This document shows, in pieces, positions 34,287-48,396 of a stretch of DNA of 64,000 nucleotides; position 1 is the stretch's first letter; every line of letters starts with the position of its first letter. This stretch comes from Malacoraja senta (lineage: Eukaryota): NCBI GenBank assembly GCA_038087875.1, contig CM075996.1, positions 4,714,001-4,778,000 of the forward strand. Direction: 5' to 3'. Made by a program: the position numbers and the translations under genes. The notes below the pieces were generated by a model. It saw nothing but the letters and a program-made list of their open reading frames with translations. It did no database searches and was not told where the DNA came from.

Positions 34287-36147
34287 CTGTCCCAGAGAAA
34301 GGAACAACAGTTCACTCAGTCCCACTGCTTTTACTCTTACAAATGCATCTGGATTTCCGATTCATATCGCGAAACGGGGTCTGTGGTGCGAGGGTGAACG
34401 GAGCAAATGTCACAGGGCTGAGAACAGGACATATTCTTGTGTTGCTGGACGCCGGACATGATGGGGCCCAACGGCCTTCCTACAGGACTGTAAATGATGC
34501 TTTATCATTAATGTTTTATTATTATTAATGTTTAGTGTTTTCTCAGTCACTCGTAACTGTCACTGTATGTCATGTTGTTACTTGTGGGCGGAGCACCAAG
34601 GCAAATTCCTTGTATGTGAATACTTGCCCAATAAACTTACTTACTTACTTAAACGTTTTCCGATCGTGCGTCTACTGAACTGTTTTCCCGGGGTGGGAAT
34701 GTCAAAGACTAGAGGCCATAGTTTGAAGGTGAAAGGGGCAAAGTTTAAAGGAGATGCGCATCTTTTAGTTCAGTTTGCTTTAGAGATATGGAGTGGAAAC
34801 GGGCCCTTCGGCCCACAGCGACCAGCGATCCCCGCACACTAACACTATTCAACACACACTAGGGACGATTTACATCTATACCAAGCCAATTAACCTACTA
34901 ACCTGTACTTCTTTGGAGTGCGGAATTTTGTTTACACACAGGGGACGGTGTGGGCCTAGAATCTGCCACCATGTACCGTGGCATTTGTGAGGCTTTCAGA
35001 TAGGCATATGGATACGCAGGGAATAGAAGGATAAGGGTCATTTGCAGCCAGATGAGATTAGTTCATCTAGGCATCATGTTCGGCACAGACATCGTAGGCC
35101 ATAGGGCCTGTTCCTGTGCTTGAACTGTTCTATGTTCCATGAAGGAGTGGATTAAGGATTCGCTGGACGGTTGGGTCAGGTACTGTCTTCGAATCGGTTC
35201 CCATGCACACCTCAGCATAACCCATCTGACATATTCCACACCCCCACACAAATGACATTGGAACTCATTGCCACAGATGGCTGCGGAGGCCAAGTCAGTG
35301 GATAGTTTTAAGTTGGAGAGTGACAGATTCTTGATTAGTACGTGCGTCAGGAGTTTTGGGGAGACGGCAGGAGGATGGGGTTGAGAGGGAGAGATAGATC
35401 AGCCATGATTGAATGGCGGTGTGGACTTGATGGGCCGAATGGCCTAATTCTGCTTCTAAAACTTATGAGCATTCATCAGTGATAAAGTGAACAGACAAGA
35501 TCCTGCAGCAGTGACATCACCACTGCCCAGAGGAGGGACTGGGGCAAATAACACAATAAACTGCCCCCGTTGTTGGGGAAGTGATGCTGACTTTTTCTTT
35601 TTAAGATGTCCGCCTGCACCTCCTCCCTCTTCCTTCCCTCCCCCCACCCCAAACACCCTCCCCAACCCCAAACACCCTCCTCCCCTCCCCACACAAACCC
35701 CTCCTCCCCTCCCCACCCCACACAAACCCTCCCCTCCCCTCCCAATCCCAAGGCCAGATTCAGTCCAGAACAACAATTGGCTTAGGATGATTAGGATGAC
35801 AGGAATGTGAGGGATAACCTTTTCACACAAAGGGTGGCGGGTGCATGGAACGAGCTGCCAGAGGAGGTAGTTGAGGCGGGGACTATCCCAAAGTTTAAGG
35901 ATGGATAGGACAGGTTTGGAGGGATACAGGACAAACGCGGGCAAGTTGGACGAGTGTAGCTGGGACATGTTGGCCGGTATGGGCAAGTTGGGCCGAAGGG
36001 CCTGTTTCCATGCTGTATGAATCCATGCTCAGTCTGTTCCAGTGTCCTCTGTCACTCTACAAGCATCCACCTGTTCGTCCCCAGACCCGTGCACGCGTTG
36101 GGTTGGATGGGGAGGGGGAGGAGCAGACCCTGTGCTTGGCTCCGTAC

Positions 36148-36302
36148 CGTCCGTTGGGTCCCATGAAGCCGGTGGCGTGGCATTCGTCAATGAAGACCAG
36201 GGCGTGGTATTTGTCCGACAGGTCACATATCTCTTTCAGCGGAGCCACGTCACCATCCATGGAGAAAACCCCGTCTGTGACAATCAGGCGGATCCTGTGC
36301 TT
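36148..36302 (-). CDS. GCAT: GCAT internal exon (equivalent to exon 5)
   Basis: ttccag|[53 protein letters not shown]|gtacgg. 155 bp. Contains the FSMDG and DECH motifs. Confidence 0.95.
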
Positions 36303-36672
36303 CTGGAAGTGAACGCCAGAGGATTTAGAGTTCAAGCCAACCAGACCACCCAGGTCCCCCGACCCACACACACACACGCCTGCCAACCATCGCCACACCG
36401 TCCACACACCCCCCCCCCCCCCTGCACCTGCACCCAGCTCCCCTTCAATGGGTGCGTGTTACTCAACACAAACGGTTCTTTTGGTAGCAAGGTCTACTGT
36501 ATAGTAATGGCTGCAATTTGACAGGTATTTAATCATCTGTAAAGCAGCTTTAGTTGACCAAAGTTAACGGGCAAAAGTCTCTTGCCCAGAGCATATTTAA
36601 TATGCACATGGACAAGCATAGAGTCATACTGCATGGAAACATACCCTACGGCCCAACTTGTTTACGCCGACC

Positions 36673-36872
36673 NNNNNNNNNNNNNNNNNNNNNNNNNNNN
36701 NNNNNNNNNNNNNNNNNNNNNNNNNNNNNNNNNNNNNNNNNNNNNNNNNNNNNNNNNNNNNNNNNNNNNNNNNNNNNNNNNNNNNNNNNNNNNNNNNNNN
36801 NNNNNNNNNNNNNNNNNNNNNNNNNNNNNNNNNNNNNNNNNNNNNNNNNNNNNNNNNNNNNNNNNNNNNNNN
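36673..36872. other. Assembly gap (200 N)
   Basis: Run of exactly 200 n. Confidence 1.
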
Positions 36873-37749
36873 TATGAAGTGGGATTATGCTAACATCCTA
36901 TTTTAGCCAGCATGAACAATGAAGTTCTGCACCGAAAACTTCTGATGATTCAATAAAAACAATGGCACCAGTATTGAAAGACCAAGTAATTTTACACACT
37001 AATTATAATATACTTTTTCACTTCTTACCGATACACTGTTTTCTTCCACCATCTCAATCACGCAGGCAATGCAGAGCAACTGTTCCCTTTCCTGCATTTC
37101 GTCTCTAAACCGTACTGTCCAATGCCCATCGTGGCGGGAATGGCTCCATTCACAAACCACGTTACAGTTGCCAGGGCTCAAGTCCTCCATTTAACACAAT
37201 GGCTTCCCTCCCCACTAAAAACATAAATATTTAATTAATACAAGGTTAACATTTAGAGGGTTGCTAAAAGTCAGCTGCATAAAAATGATTTAGAGATGAT
37301 AACACGCATTTTAACATGATTTCAAATGAATGTTTTACAATCCAAATGATTTTTTTCCTGGATACAAATAACCACATTTTGCAATTTCTCCAGTGATGCT
37401 GCCTGACCTACTGAGTTACTCCAGCAGTTGGTGTCTGTCGATCTTTGGTATGAATCAATCAGCATCTGCAATTCCGTTATTACAGCTCTCTCGGTCCTGA
37501 TCCCTAGTCCTCTCCTCACACACCCACTTTATAGCGCAAATAACGCTGTCATTAAATCTCTGATCCATTATTCACACCAACCCTCTCAACCCCCTATAAT
37601 TGACCGAATGGGCCTCAACAAAACCCAGTAACTCATGCCCTCTGCCACCCTACCCACCACCAAAGATACAAGAGGAGCTCCTCTAGTACCTTTGCCCACC
37701 ACCCTCGCTTGTCCAGCTGCTGAGCTTCCACGTTCGCACACGTCGAATG

Positions 37750-37941
37750 TACGAAGATAGACCAAAATGCTGGAGTAACTCAGTGGGACAAGCAGCATCT
37801 CTGGGTTGTGGCCCTTCTTCAGACTTGACCCGAAACGTCCCCCATTCCTTCTCTCCAGAGACGCTGCCTCCTGCCCGCCGAGTAACTCCAACATTTTTGT
37901 GTCTATCTTGGGTTCAAACCGGCATCTGCAGTTCCTTCCGA
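37750..37941. mobile_element. PLE-A fold-back insert with 13-bp TSD
   Basis: TSD cacacgtcgaatg at 37737-37749 and 37942-37954. Confidence 0.8.
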
Positions 37942-38340
37942 CACACGTCGAATGCGTGCCTCAGAAAGGGCCAAGCATTCTCCGAGACCAGCCCCAAAAC
38001 CACGGCTGAGAAAGCAAACGCCACCCACGCTGCAGCAAAATGTCGGACTCAGTGGTTCTTCGCGCCTTCTTTCCCCGCCAGCGGACAACCTGCGCCGAGC
38101 GCGTGTCTCCGGCAGCGGCAGGGCGCGCCCACGGGGACCCGCGACCAAAGATGACGACGCCAGCCGCGCCCAAGTCTTAATTTACAAATCATTGGTAAAA
38201 AAAAAAGGCATTTAATATTCCAGCAAGATAATATTTAATAATAAATGCCCAAGTACTATTGTATATTCCTATTGTATATTGTATGTACTATTGTATATTC
38301 CTGCACCACTCTGCAACAAAGGAACAATCTAATGAAACAG

Positions 38341-38923
38341 GAATATTTCTTCCATCGAACGTGTCCAAATTCAAACCTTGAAGGGTTTCGGCCTGAAACG
38401 TTGCCTATTTCCTTCGCTCCATAGATGCTGCTGCACCCGCTGAGTTTCTCCAGCATTTTTGTGTACCTCCAAATTCAGGTAGCTCGATTTGTTACTAACA
38501 CCTATGAGAGAGAAGCGAGTGTTACCAAACTTCTGAATTCTCTGGGGTGGAACCCTCTCCAAGACAGACGTGAAGCTCACCGTTTGACCTGTTTTTACAA
38601 AATGTTAAATGGTCAGCTCGACATAGATTACAAGACCTACACCAAACCCAAACCAATTAGGAGCAGACGAGGGCATTCGATCCAATTTGTGATTCCAGCT
38701 ACCAAGACAGATGTGTACAGCAATTCGTTCTTCCCCCCGCACAATTAAAGCATGGAATAATCTCCACCCTACTATAGTTACCCAACCAGATGCAACTAAA
38801 TGTAAGGTAGCTCTTTCTTCCCAAAAACCCTTTCTGGCTTAAGTCCTCCCTCCACCACCTCCAGTTTAAATTCCATTTGGAATATTTTGGAGGACCAAGA
38901 AACCAAGAACCAAGAACCAAGAA
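38341..38923 (+). mobile_element. Second copy of the divergent CR1-group LINE, with nested PLE-B fragment
   Basis: ARFVTNTYEREASVTKLLNSLGWNPLQDRREAHRLTCFYKMLNG. PLE insert flanked by tccaaattca duplicates (~38364 and ~38468). (CCAAGAA)n tail. Confidence 0.82.
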
Positions 38924-40054
38924 TAGTGCTTTGACCTGAAGAAAATTATCAAGGACCCTGCTGTTTACTGTGTATATCCTTCTGTGTATATGAAGTATAT
39001 GAAGAATCCTGTGTATATGAAGTTATACTGTGTTTAACTTCACACTTGCATGAGTTAAATTCCATTTGCCAATCCTTGCCCAATTTCCCAGTTGATCTAG
39101 ATCCTGTTGTAATCTTACATAATCTTCTTCACTGTCCATTATACTACCAATTTTGAATTCTCATCCAAATAGTTAATATTGTTGTAGACCTAGCACCGAT
39201 CCCTGCCCCACACCGTTGGTCACAGGCCTCCAATCTGAATAACACCATGCTTTTTTCATTACCTCTCTAAATTAGTTACTACAATTAATATTTTTCCCCA
39301 AACGTTCCGCCACTAACGCTTAGTCAACGTGAAACACATAACCAGGCCCAGCAATGCTTCATTAGGATAGAAATATATTGATAAACGTTCTCTTGAACAT
39401 ACTTCAGAAATACCTGAGTGAAAAACAAAATTCTGGAGGAACTCAGCAGATCAGGCAGGTGGTGCGGAGGGAAATGAACAATGTTTTGTGTCAGACTTGA
39501 AGAAGATTCCTGACCCAAAACGTCATATGTCCATTTGCATGCACAGATGCTGCCTGACCTGCTCTCTGTTTTCAGCGCTCTGTATTTTGCTCAAAATTTC
39601 AGCAACTTCAATCTCTTGTTTTCAGAAATGTCTTCAACTTTGTAATTTATGCACAGTATCCTGCACAATATTTAGGAAATTAATATCACCATTATTCCCT
39701 GTTTACATTTCATGCACTTCTCTCAAGGAAATGTATTCTGTCCTTCACTCCTTCAGAACATTGTATCTGCTCCCATTTTCCCTTTTCCTATTTTTTTGGA
39801 ATATTTAACCATGAGACCTGTTATTTTTATAGCTGCCATAAAAACAAGTGCTAATTTAGTCTGTGATGATCCTAATTAATATTTCACAAATTAGATGTAA
39901 TTGCTTTAAAAAAATGGAATTAATTGCAGAAAACAGGCCTTCCAGATTGCTATGCTACTAATAACTTTTCAAATTAGTATTCTATTTCACTCCCATATCC
40001 ATAACTTCAAATCATTTTCAAATGACAGCTATGATCTAACTGAGTAGTAGATTA

Positions 40055-40335
40055 CAGGCAGTCCCTACGTTATGAAAGTTCCTGAGAACTGTTCGTAATC
40101 CAATTTTTTGTAAGTCGTTAAATTAATAAAAACAGTGTCAGGGGAAGGATCACATAAACAGCTGCGACGGGAGGGTGAGCAGGCACGGGAAGAATTCCTG
40201 CCACCAATCTCACTGACTTAATGAGTGAGTGAGTCCGCTCAGCACACGGCAGCTCTGCTCAGCTTGACCCAGCCCCTGATCGTTCGTATGTATGGATGTG
40301 CATAAGTCGGGCATTTGTAATGTGGGGAAGACCTG
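40055..40335. mobile_element. Old Tigger/pogo-like MITE
   Basis: TA|CAGGCAGTCCCTACGTTATG ... TGTAATGTGGGGAAGACCTG|CA imperfect TIRs. Confidence 0.55.
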
Positions 40336-42229
40336 CATACTTTAAAGTCTGAACGGTATACTCAAGGATACTCAGTATAACCTGTGCTGCGATATAGTGC
40401 CATCTGTATAGCTGCTGTCACTAACTTGGTGCCAGATTTATTCTCATTATCTCCCACAGCAACACCAGAGGTTTAATTTAGCACCTGTATATAATAGGCA
40501 AGTTCCACAAGGATACATCCTCCAATCTTCTGCATAAATCGAACCTGGATTCAGACTTTAAATTAACCAACTGTAGAAATGAAACAAATCATAAATATGT
40601 AGAGGAGAACCAGCTATTATACAATAATAGCTGTAGGATCTGATTCTTTAAAATTACCCTCTGCTTCCGATAACAGTGAAAATAGTCATACAGTTCAGAA
40701 ACCAGTCCATCCTGTTTCCATATTGTAGTCTGTTGACCAACAAATTCATAACATGGAGACGCAAAAGACTGCAGATATTAGAATCTGAGGCAAAAAACAA
40801 ATGACTGGGGAACACAGTGGGTCAGGCACCATCTGTGGAGGGAAATGGGCAGTTGACATTTTGGTTCAGCACCTTCCTCTGGACTGATTCGGAACATGCT
40901 TCAGTAATTTCTCTGTTCGATTTCATCAAAGATCACTGGGTTTCATCTTTACTATGGTCTAAGTATTTGCATCATCATTAACTTGCTGAGCCTTGTTGTT
41001 GCTCTGCAATTAACTTCATAAATAAACTTGATTATTAGTTTTAGGCTGAGTATAACAATTTGGCAGGATGGTATTTATTGCTTTTGAAATAGAGGTTGAG
41101 ATGGGCATCTTAAGTGGTCTCCAAAATACTGTACTGTAATTAAGGAATAATTGTTAGTTTTGTAGCATATTGTTCCATTCATGGTGCGTATAAGGGCACA
41201 GGTTTCAATTCAACAGTGCCTTGGCCTTTTTCACTTTTTTTTCCAGTGAGTTTAAGCAAAGCAGCATAAAACAAACGAAAGCAATTTGGCTGTACTATAA
41301 CTAATTATTTTACCACTAAGTGCTAATTTCTTCAAGAACTCCACAAACTTCATGTTCAGTGGCAAAATCTGATCTGAAATTATTTTAGCAGAGGTTGTTA
41401 ATTTGAACACGACTGCAGGTATGCCTAAAGATTCTGTGAAATTTCCAGTGGTCTATGAGATTTATTTGATATAAATGAAAATCTTGCATTCTGTAGACAA
41501 TGTTTTTGTCCATTCTTTTCAGATTATCTCATCAAATAAATGTCACAAATGAGATTCAATTTTCATCTTTCAATGTTATTATTCTATAAAATAATTGATT
41601 ACCCTCATTGCCGATTACCTATTGCCGATTGTCCACTATAATCGAGTAAAGAATTACCGAGTAATAGAGTATCATTGTATAAGTAATAGAAACAAAGAAC
41701 TGCAGGTGCTGAATAATACACAAAAGGACACAAAGTGCTGGAGTAACTCAACAAGTCAGGTAACATCTCTGGAGAACATGGATAGGTAACGTTTCTCTTT
41801 GAGACCCTTCTTCAGACTCTCGGTATGGAACTGGGCCTAGAATCCAGGTGAGTTGACGCCCCGGACTGCTGGTGGCCGTGGGAGAGGCGAGGATCATTGG
41901 TTGCGGCAAATGGGCAGCCGAAGTGCAAGCAAGGGTTGGTGGTAGGCGCAGCCTGGAAGCAGCCACGGAAGCTGTGTGGGCCGACGGTGGCGACAGTAGG
42001 TGCAGCCTGGAAGCGGTGCGGACGGTGACGTTGGCAGTCCAGCCTGGAAGTGGCCAGGGAAGGGTATTCACATTATGCTTTTGGAACAGTTCCTGGATTT
42101 TGACCAAGTAGTAATAATTGAACAGATTAGGATATTGTGTAACTTGGAGAATTCCAAAATGGTTGGCTTTCCATGCACCTGCTACCTTTGACTTTTTAGG
42201 TAGTGGAGACAGGTTTGTAGGTATAGGAG

Positions 42230-44270
42230 ATAATAATAATAATAATAATAATACATTTTATTTATATAGCGCTTTTCAGGGCTCAAAGTCGCTTTACATT
42301 GAGAGTCAAGAATAAACAAAACAAAATAGAGCAGTAAGACAGAGATGCAAAGGGGAGGGGAACATGGGACTAAGGGTATGCAGAGGTGAAGAGATGGGTC
42401 TTGAGGCGGGACTGGAAGATGGTGAGGGACTCAGAATTTCGGATCAGTTGTGGGAGGGAATTCCAGAGCCTGGGAGCTGCCCTGGAGAAGTCTCTGCCTC
42501 CAAAAGTGCAGAGGTTTGATTTCGGAGTGGAGAGGAGACCAGCTGATGTGGATCTGAGGGACCGTGAGGGTTGGTAGGGGGAGAGGAGGTCAGTGAGATA
42601 AGGGGGGGCCAAGTGGTTGAGGGCTTTGTAGGTGAGGACCAGGATTTTGTAGATGATCCGGTGGGAAATGGGAAGCCAGTGGAGTTCTTTGAGAACTGGG
42701 GTGATGTGGTGCCAGGATTTGGTGTGGGTAATGAGTCGGGCGGCTGCATTCTGGACCAGTTGGAGTCGGTTGATGTTGCTGGAATCGATGCCAAAGAGAA
42801 GAGAGTTACAGTAGTCCAGTCGGGAGGAGATGAAGGCATGGATGAGTCTTTCAGCAGCGGGGGGTGTGAGAGAGGATCTGATTTTGGCAATGTTGCGGAG
42901 GTGAAAAAATGATGTTTTGACAACATGGCGAATGGTTGTCAAAACAAAAGGGAGAGGGTTGAGTCAAAGATCACGCCAAGGTTGCGTGCCTGAGGAGATG
43001 GGGAGACAGTGGTGCCGTTAATAGTGAGAGTGGGGTTTGTTAATTTTAGTGAGTGTTGATTTGGAGCCAATGAGGAGAAATTCTGTTTTGCTACTGTTTA
43101 ATTTAAGGAAGTTGAGTTGCATCCAAGATTTGATGACTGATAGGCAGGAGTTGATATGGGAGAGAGGGGGGTGGTGGGGGGACTTGGTGCTGAAATAGAT
43201 CTGGGTGTCATCAGCATAGCAGTGGAAGTCCAGGTTGAAGTGACGGAGTATATGACCAAGGGGGAGGATGTAGATGATGAAGAGGAGGGGACCAAGAACG
43301 GAGCCTTGGGGAACGCCTTGAGTGACAGTGGTTGTGGCAGAGGTGTGGTTATGGAGAGAGATGAAGTGGGATCGGTTGGAAAGGTAGGAACGGAGCCAGC
43401 TGAGTGTAGAACCTTCAATGCCAAGGTCCCTAAGTCTGGTGAGCAGGATGTTATGATTCACGGTATCGAAGGCTGCACTCAGGTCGAGGAGGATGAGGAT
43501 ATTGAGGGAGCCAGTGTCAGCAGAGGTAAGGAGGTCATTGAGGACTTTGAGGAGAGCAGTTTCTGTGCTATGGAGGGGGCGAAAGCCAGATTAGAGGGGT
43601 TCGAATAGGTTAAACGCGAGGAGGTGGAATGAAGTTGTGACACGACGATACGCTCCAGGGTTTTTGAAAGAAAGGGGAGGTTTGAGATAGGGCGGTAGTT
43701 AATGAGAGAGGAGGGATCAAGACCAGGTTTCTTTAAGATTGGTGTGACAGCAGCAGTTTTGAAAGCAGAGGGGACAATTCCTTGGGACAATGAGGAGTTG
43801 AAGAGATTCGTGAGGTAGGGGCAGAGAGCGGGGAGGCAGGACTTCAGCAGGGGAGTGGGGAGAGGGTCGAGGGAGCAGGTAGTGGGTTTGGAAGAGCTGA
43901 TGAGTTTGGAGATTTCAGTAGGGGTGACCGGGTCAAACTGGGAGAGGAAGCAGTGAGGGGGAGGGGTATAGAGATCCGCGGAGATGTTGAAAGGAGGGGC
44001 CTTGGTAGGTGGTGGAGTAGATGCTGGGGAGTCAGGTACAGGGGATAAGGATTGATAGATGGTGCTGATTTTGTCAGCAAAAAAGTGGAGGAATGAGTTG
44101 CAGAGATCCGGAGTGGAGGTAGGGAGAGTGTTGGCTCGAGGCTTGAGGAGGTTGCACACTGTGGAGAAGAGGGTTCTGTGGTTTAGGCAGGGGTCGGTGA
44201 ATATGGAGGAGAGGTATGCAGATTTAGCAGCAATGAGGGCATCTTTGTAGGCAGTGAGGTGGAGTTTGTA
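42230..44270 (-). mobile_element. L2-clade LINE, 5'-truncated (~2 kb), frameshifted RT
   Basis: [65 protein letters not shown]. Tail TGTAAAGCGACTTTGAG..AAAAGCGCTATATAAAT(TAT)n. Possible TSD aggagat. Confidence 0.92.
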
Positions 44271-45829
44271 AGGAGATGCTGCCGGAGAAACTTTTTAGGG
44301 TCACTAGTACATTCTACAGATAATGCTATTGCAGATATGTTGCATTGGGGAGTGGATATGTAAACTACACTCTTTGTGGGGATGGGTGCTCTGGTCGGGT
44401 TTAAATCGGTAATGGCCTGTTTTCAAGCATATATATAAATCAGAGACAATGACGTAGGCTTGAAATTACTCACTAGAGTTTTATTAAGCATTATACTGTA
44501 GCCAAGAACATAGAAGGATCTTGTGATTTCTGAGCATCTGGCACATTGCAATCTGTTTTGTTAAATAGTCCTAAATTTACAAAAGGAAGAGACTATAGCA
44601 CAATAATAAAAAAAATGCAGTCTAATCCAGGGTTATACATTGGTTTGAAATGGAGTCAGATATCTTTCACTCATCCCCAAAGTACAGGATGCTGATTCCT
44701 GAAACTAGTTCTGATTACTCCTGCTTTATGCTTTTTCAATAAGGACACATTTTTATCTTGCGGGTATACCTAACACAGAGCAGCTAGTGACCATTGCCTG
44801 TCAAAATATCTGTAACGAAATTCCTTGATATGTCAACAGTAGGCATGCATCATTTATTGCATTCAAAATTCTGTTCCATTTTATAATATATATATATATT
44901 TTTTATTCTCGTTTTTGAGAATTTCTTCCCTCAGGAAAAGGAAATGGTAATTTGCGATGCATTTGTCACAAAATTGTTCCTTATTTTATTAATGATATGT
45001 CCATGATGAGCTTATTAACAAAAAGTGTCTGTGCAGATTGTTTAGATAAGTTGTCAGCAAGCTGGAAGCTTAGATCCGCATAGAACCCAAGCAAAGACGT
45101 TTGGATGACTTTTCTTAAATGTTAGTCCTATTAGAATTCTATTTTTGCAAAGGTTAAATTGATGAACTCATGCAGTGCCCTCTAGGCTAAGAAAGGGAAC
45201 AATCAACAAAAGCTCCTACTAGTCATTATCATGAAATGACTCCTGCTGCAAAGTGCACGTCATCTATGCCTCAGTCAGTAGCTGAGAGAGAATGGTGTTC
45301 AGACCCATTCCAAAAACCTAAGCACAGAATCCAGGCTGCCACTGCGGTACATTTTTGAAAGGGGTGCCGCACTATCAGAGTAGTATTAAAAAGGCAAAGG
45401 AGTTCTCTCAGTTATCCTGGTCAATATATACCTTTCAACCTATATCGCCAAAACTGGTCATCTGATGATAATGGGATGACGCAGGTACAACTTGGCTGCA
45501 GTGACTATAGTTTAAAGATAGGTAGACAAAAGTGCTGGAGAAACTCAGCGGGTGCAGCAGCATCTATGGAGCGAAGGAAATAGGCTACGTTTCGGGCCGA
45601 AACCCTTCTTCAGATACTTCACTGGTTGTAAACAATGCAGGATTTTTCCAGATTGTAAAAGGTGTCATATAAATGGTGGCTCTTCAAGTCTTGAACTTTT
45701 TCCAGGTCTTTTTTTAAGCTCATGTTTCAGTAGCCACTGAATCTGCTTCTGGAGTTAGTCATTGGGGCAGTTGCTTCACGTTGCTAAGCTATTGACGGAT
45801 GATGGGGCCACTGAGGCTTTTGTCATAGA

Positions 45830-47360
45830 ACACAATGCTGGAGTAACTCAGCGGGTCAGGCAGCAACTGTGGAGGACATGGATAGGTGATGCTTTAGGTC
45901 TTGACCCTTCTTCAGACTGATTGTAATAGGGAAGAGACAGCTGAAAAAAGTTGGGGCACAAGCTTGACGAACCCTGGCAAATGATTGGTGGATACAGGTG
46001 AGGGGGGGGGGAAGGGGGGGGGTTGATTGGCAGGTGGGTGGGAAAATGCAAGAGATGAAATTATCAAAATGGTGACAAAAGGGCCTAAAGGAGACAAGGA
46101 GTCACAAAGATGTCAGATCAGGAGAGGAGTGAAATGTAAAGCCAGAAGAAGGGATATAGGTGGAAGGGTCCGGGGGAGGGGAGGTAAAGGTGCGGCATAG
46201 TGGGTGAAATGGGAGTAAGGGGAGGGACAGGAAAGAGAAGGAGGGGGGTGTGGGGTAGTAGAAAAAGCAACAAAAGAGGGGTGTTACCTAAAATTGGAGA
46301 GTTCATAAACTACCCAAACGGAATTTGAGATATTGCTTCTCCAGTTTGTGTGTGGCTTCAGTCTAGCAATGGAGGAGGCCCGGGACAGTTAGATCAGTAT
46401 GAGAATGGGAAAGGAAATTAACATGGTTTGCAACTGGGAGACCAAACAGGCCCTGGCATACTGAGCTGGCTTGGCTGGCGGTGAGGGGAGCCCTCCCAGT
46501 CAGATCCTTCCTGCACCGTCGGAACCTCACTACCAGTGCACGCTGCCGTCGGGACGGCTGCTATGGAGAGGAGACGGTTGCCCACCTCTTTGCAGAGTGT
46601 GGATTTGCAAAAAGAGTCTGGAGAAGTATGCAAGGGTCCCTGGAATGCTTTATCCCGAACAGCTCCGTCACAGAGGACTCTGTGATTTACGGACTGTTCC
46701 CAGGGACACATTCAGAGACTGACATTGAGTGCTGCTGGAAGGTCATCAACTCGGTGAAAGACGCTCTTTGGTCTGCCCGAGCGTTGTTCACCACCCAGCG
46801 GAGTGAGATGTCCATCAGGGAATGTTGCCGACTGGCCTGCTGCGGACTGCAGGAGTACGTGCTGAGGGACGCACTGAAGCTCGGTGCAGCCAACGCCAAG
46901 GCTCAGTGGGGGAGGACCACAGCCTAGGGTCCTTTCGCTGCTGGACATGGAGGGCAGGGTGTGGTGGAGACGCCCCTCAAAATAAGGGAAGGAATCCCAC
47001 GCCAGTGGGCCACGTGAATGGCAAGGATGGGGGACAGATTCGTGAAATTTGAGCAATGTATATAGACTGTATCGGACAATTTGTATAGCCTCGGAAAATG
47101 TGTGATGAGTTTTTCGCACGGTTCATGTATTGTATATATTTATTACCTGAATAAAGTTTATTTTGAAATATAAAAATTAAAAAAAAATACTGAGTGTAAA
47201 TGTTCGGTGAAACAGTTGTCTCGTCTATGCTCTGTCTCATCAATGTAAATGAGGTCCCATCTACAGTGCTGAATACAGTGGTTGAGATTAAACGAGGTAC
47301 ATTTGAACCTCTGTCTCACCTGAAAGGGCTGCTGGGACCCCTGGAGAGAGGTAAAGGTGG
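45830..47360 (-). mobile_element. Old Penelope-like element 3' region interrupted by a Tx1 insertion
   Basis: Terminal arm and CTGAAGAAGGGTCAAGACCTAAAGC on the minus strand. GIY-YIG remnants at 46300-46460 and 47195-47340. Confidence 0.65.
46466..47186 (+). mobile_element. L1/Tx1-clade LINE 3' end (zf-RVT/CCHC region)
   Basis: WLAVRGALPVRSFLHRRNL..CRRDGCYGEETVAHLFAEC..LWSAR. AATAAA plus A-rich tail. TSD atactgag at 46458-46465 and 47187-47194. Confidence 0.85.
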
Positions 47361-47709
47361 AGATGTTAAATCTCCTGTTGTTGCACTGAAAAGTACCTGC
47401 CTTAAATTTAGTTGTTGCAGTGAAAACATCGATGTCTTAAATTTCGAAACCCTGATTCTACAGCTGACAAGCAACTAGAAACACTGATAATTACTGTAAG
47501 TAGAACTAATTTTTTAAACCTTTTAATCAGCAATTTAAAATGATGTGATCAAATTAATTAATTCCTATCCAAATAATCAGAATGCTATCAGTGAATTGAA
47601 GTTCATGAATTAAAGAGGCAATGGGAGCAAGTATATGAAAGTAATTAAGATAAGAAAACTGAGAATGATGGTAAACAATTGTTTTTTTGGACCAGAGGAA
47701 CGTATGCAA

Positions 47710-48396
47710 GGGTAGGCATGCAGGTGCAGCAGGCAGTGAAGAAAGCGAATGGTATGTTAGCATTCATAGCAAAAGGATTTGAGTATAAGAGCAGGGAGGT
47801 TCCACTGCAGTTGCACAGGGTCTTGGTGAGACCACACCTGGAGTATTGCGTACAGTTTTGGTCTCCTAATCTGAGGAAAGACATTCTTGCCATAGAGGGA
47901 GTACAGAGAAGGTTCACCAGACTGATTCCTGGGATGGCAGGACTTTCATATGAAGAAAGACTGGATAGACTCGGCTTGTACTCGCTAGAATTTAGAAGAT
48001 TGAGGGGGGATCTTATAGAAACTTACAAAATTCTTAAGGGGTTGGACAGGCTAGATGCAGGAAGATTATTCCCGATGTTGGGGAAGTCCAGAACAAGGGG
48101 TCACAGTTTAAGGATAAGGGGGAAGTCTTTTAGGACCGAGATGAGAAAATCATTTTTTACACAGAGAGTGGTGAATCTGTGGAATTCTCTGCCACAGAAG
48201 GTAGTTGAGGCCAGTTCATTGGCTATATTTAAGAGGGAGTTAGATGTGGCCCTTGTGGCTAAAGGGATCAGGGGGTATGGAGAGAAGGCAGGTACAGGAT
48301 ACTGAGTTGGATGATCAGCCATGATCATATTGAATGGCGGTGCAGGCTCGAAGGGCCGAATTGCCTACTCCTGTACCTATTTTCTATGTTTCTATT
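47710..48396 (+). mobile_element. CR1 LINE (HER1-like) 3' ~0.7 kb with open frame
   Basis: QVQQAVKKANGMLAFI..LVRPHLEYCVQFWSP..FFTQRVVNLWNSLP..GYGEKAGTGY*. Confidence 0.92.

Noticed and set aside
36554..36906. ORFs spanning the N run
   Set aside because: Artefacts of the assembly gap.
42370..44159. Host reverse-transcriptase gene or autonomous active LINE
   Set aside because: 5'-truncated, lacks the endonuclease domain, and is broken by at least two frameshifts.
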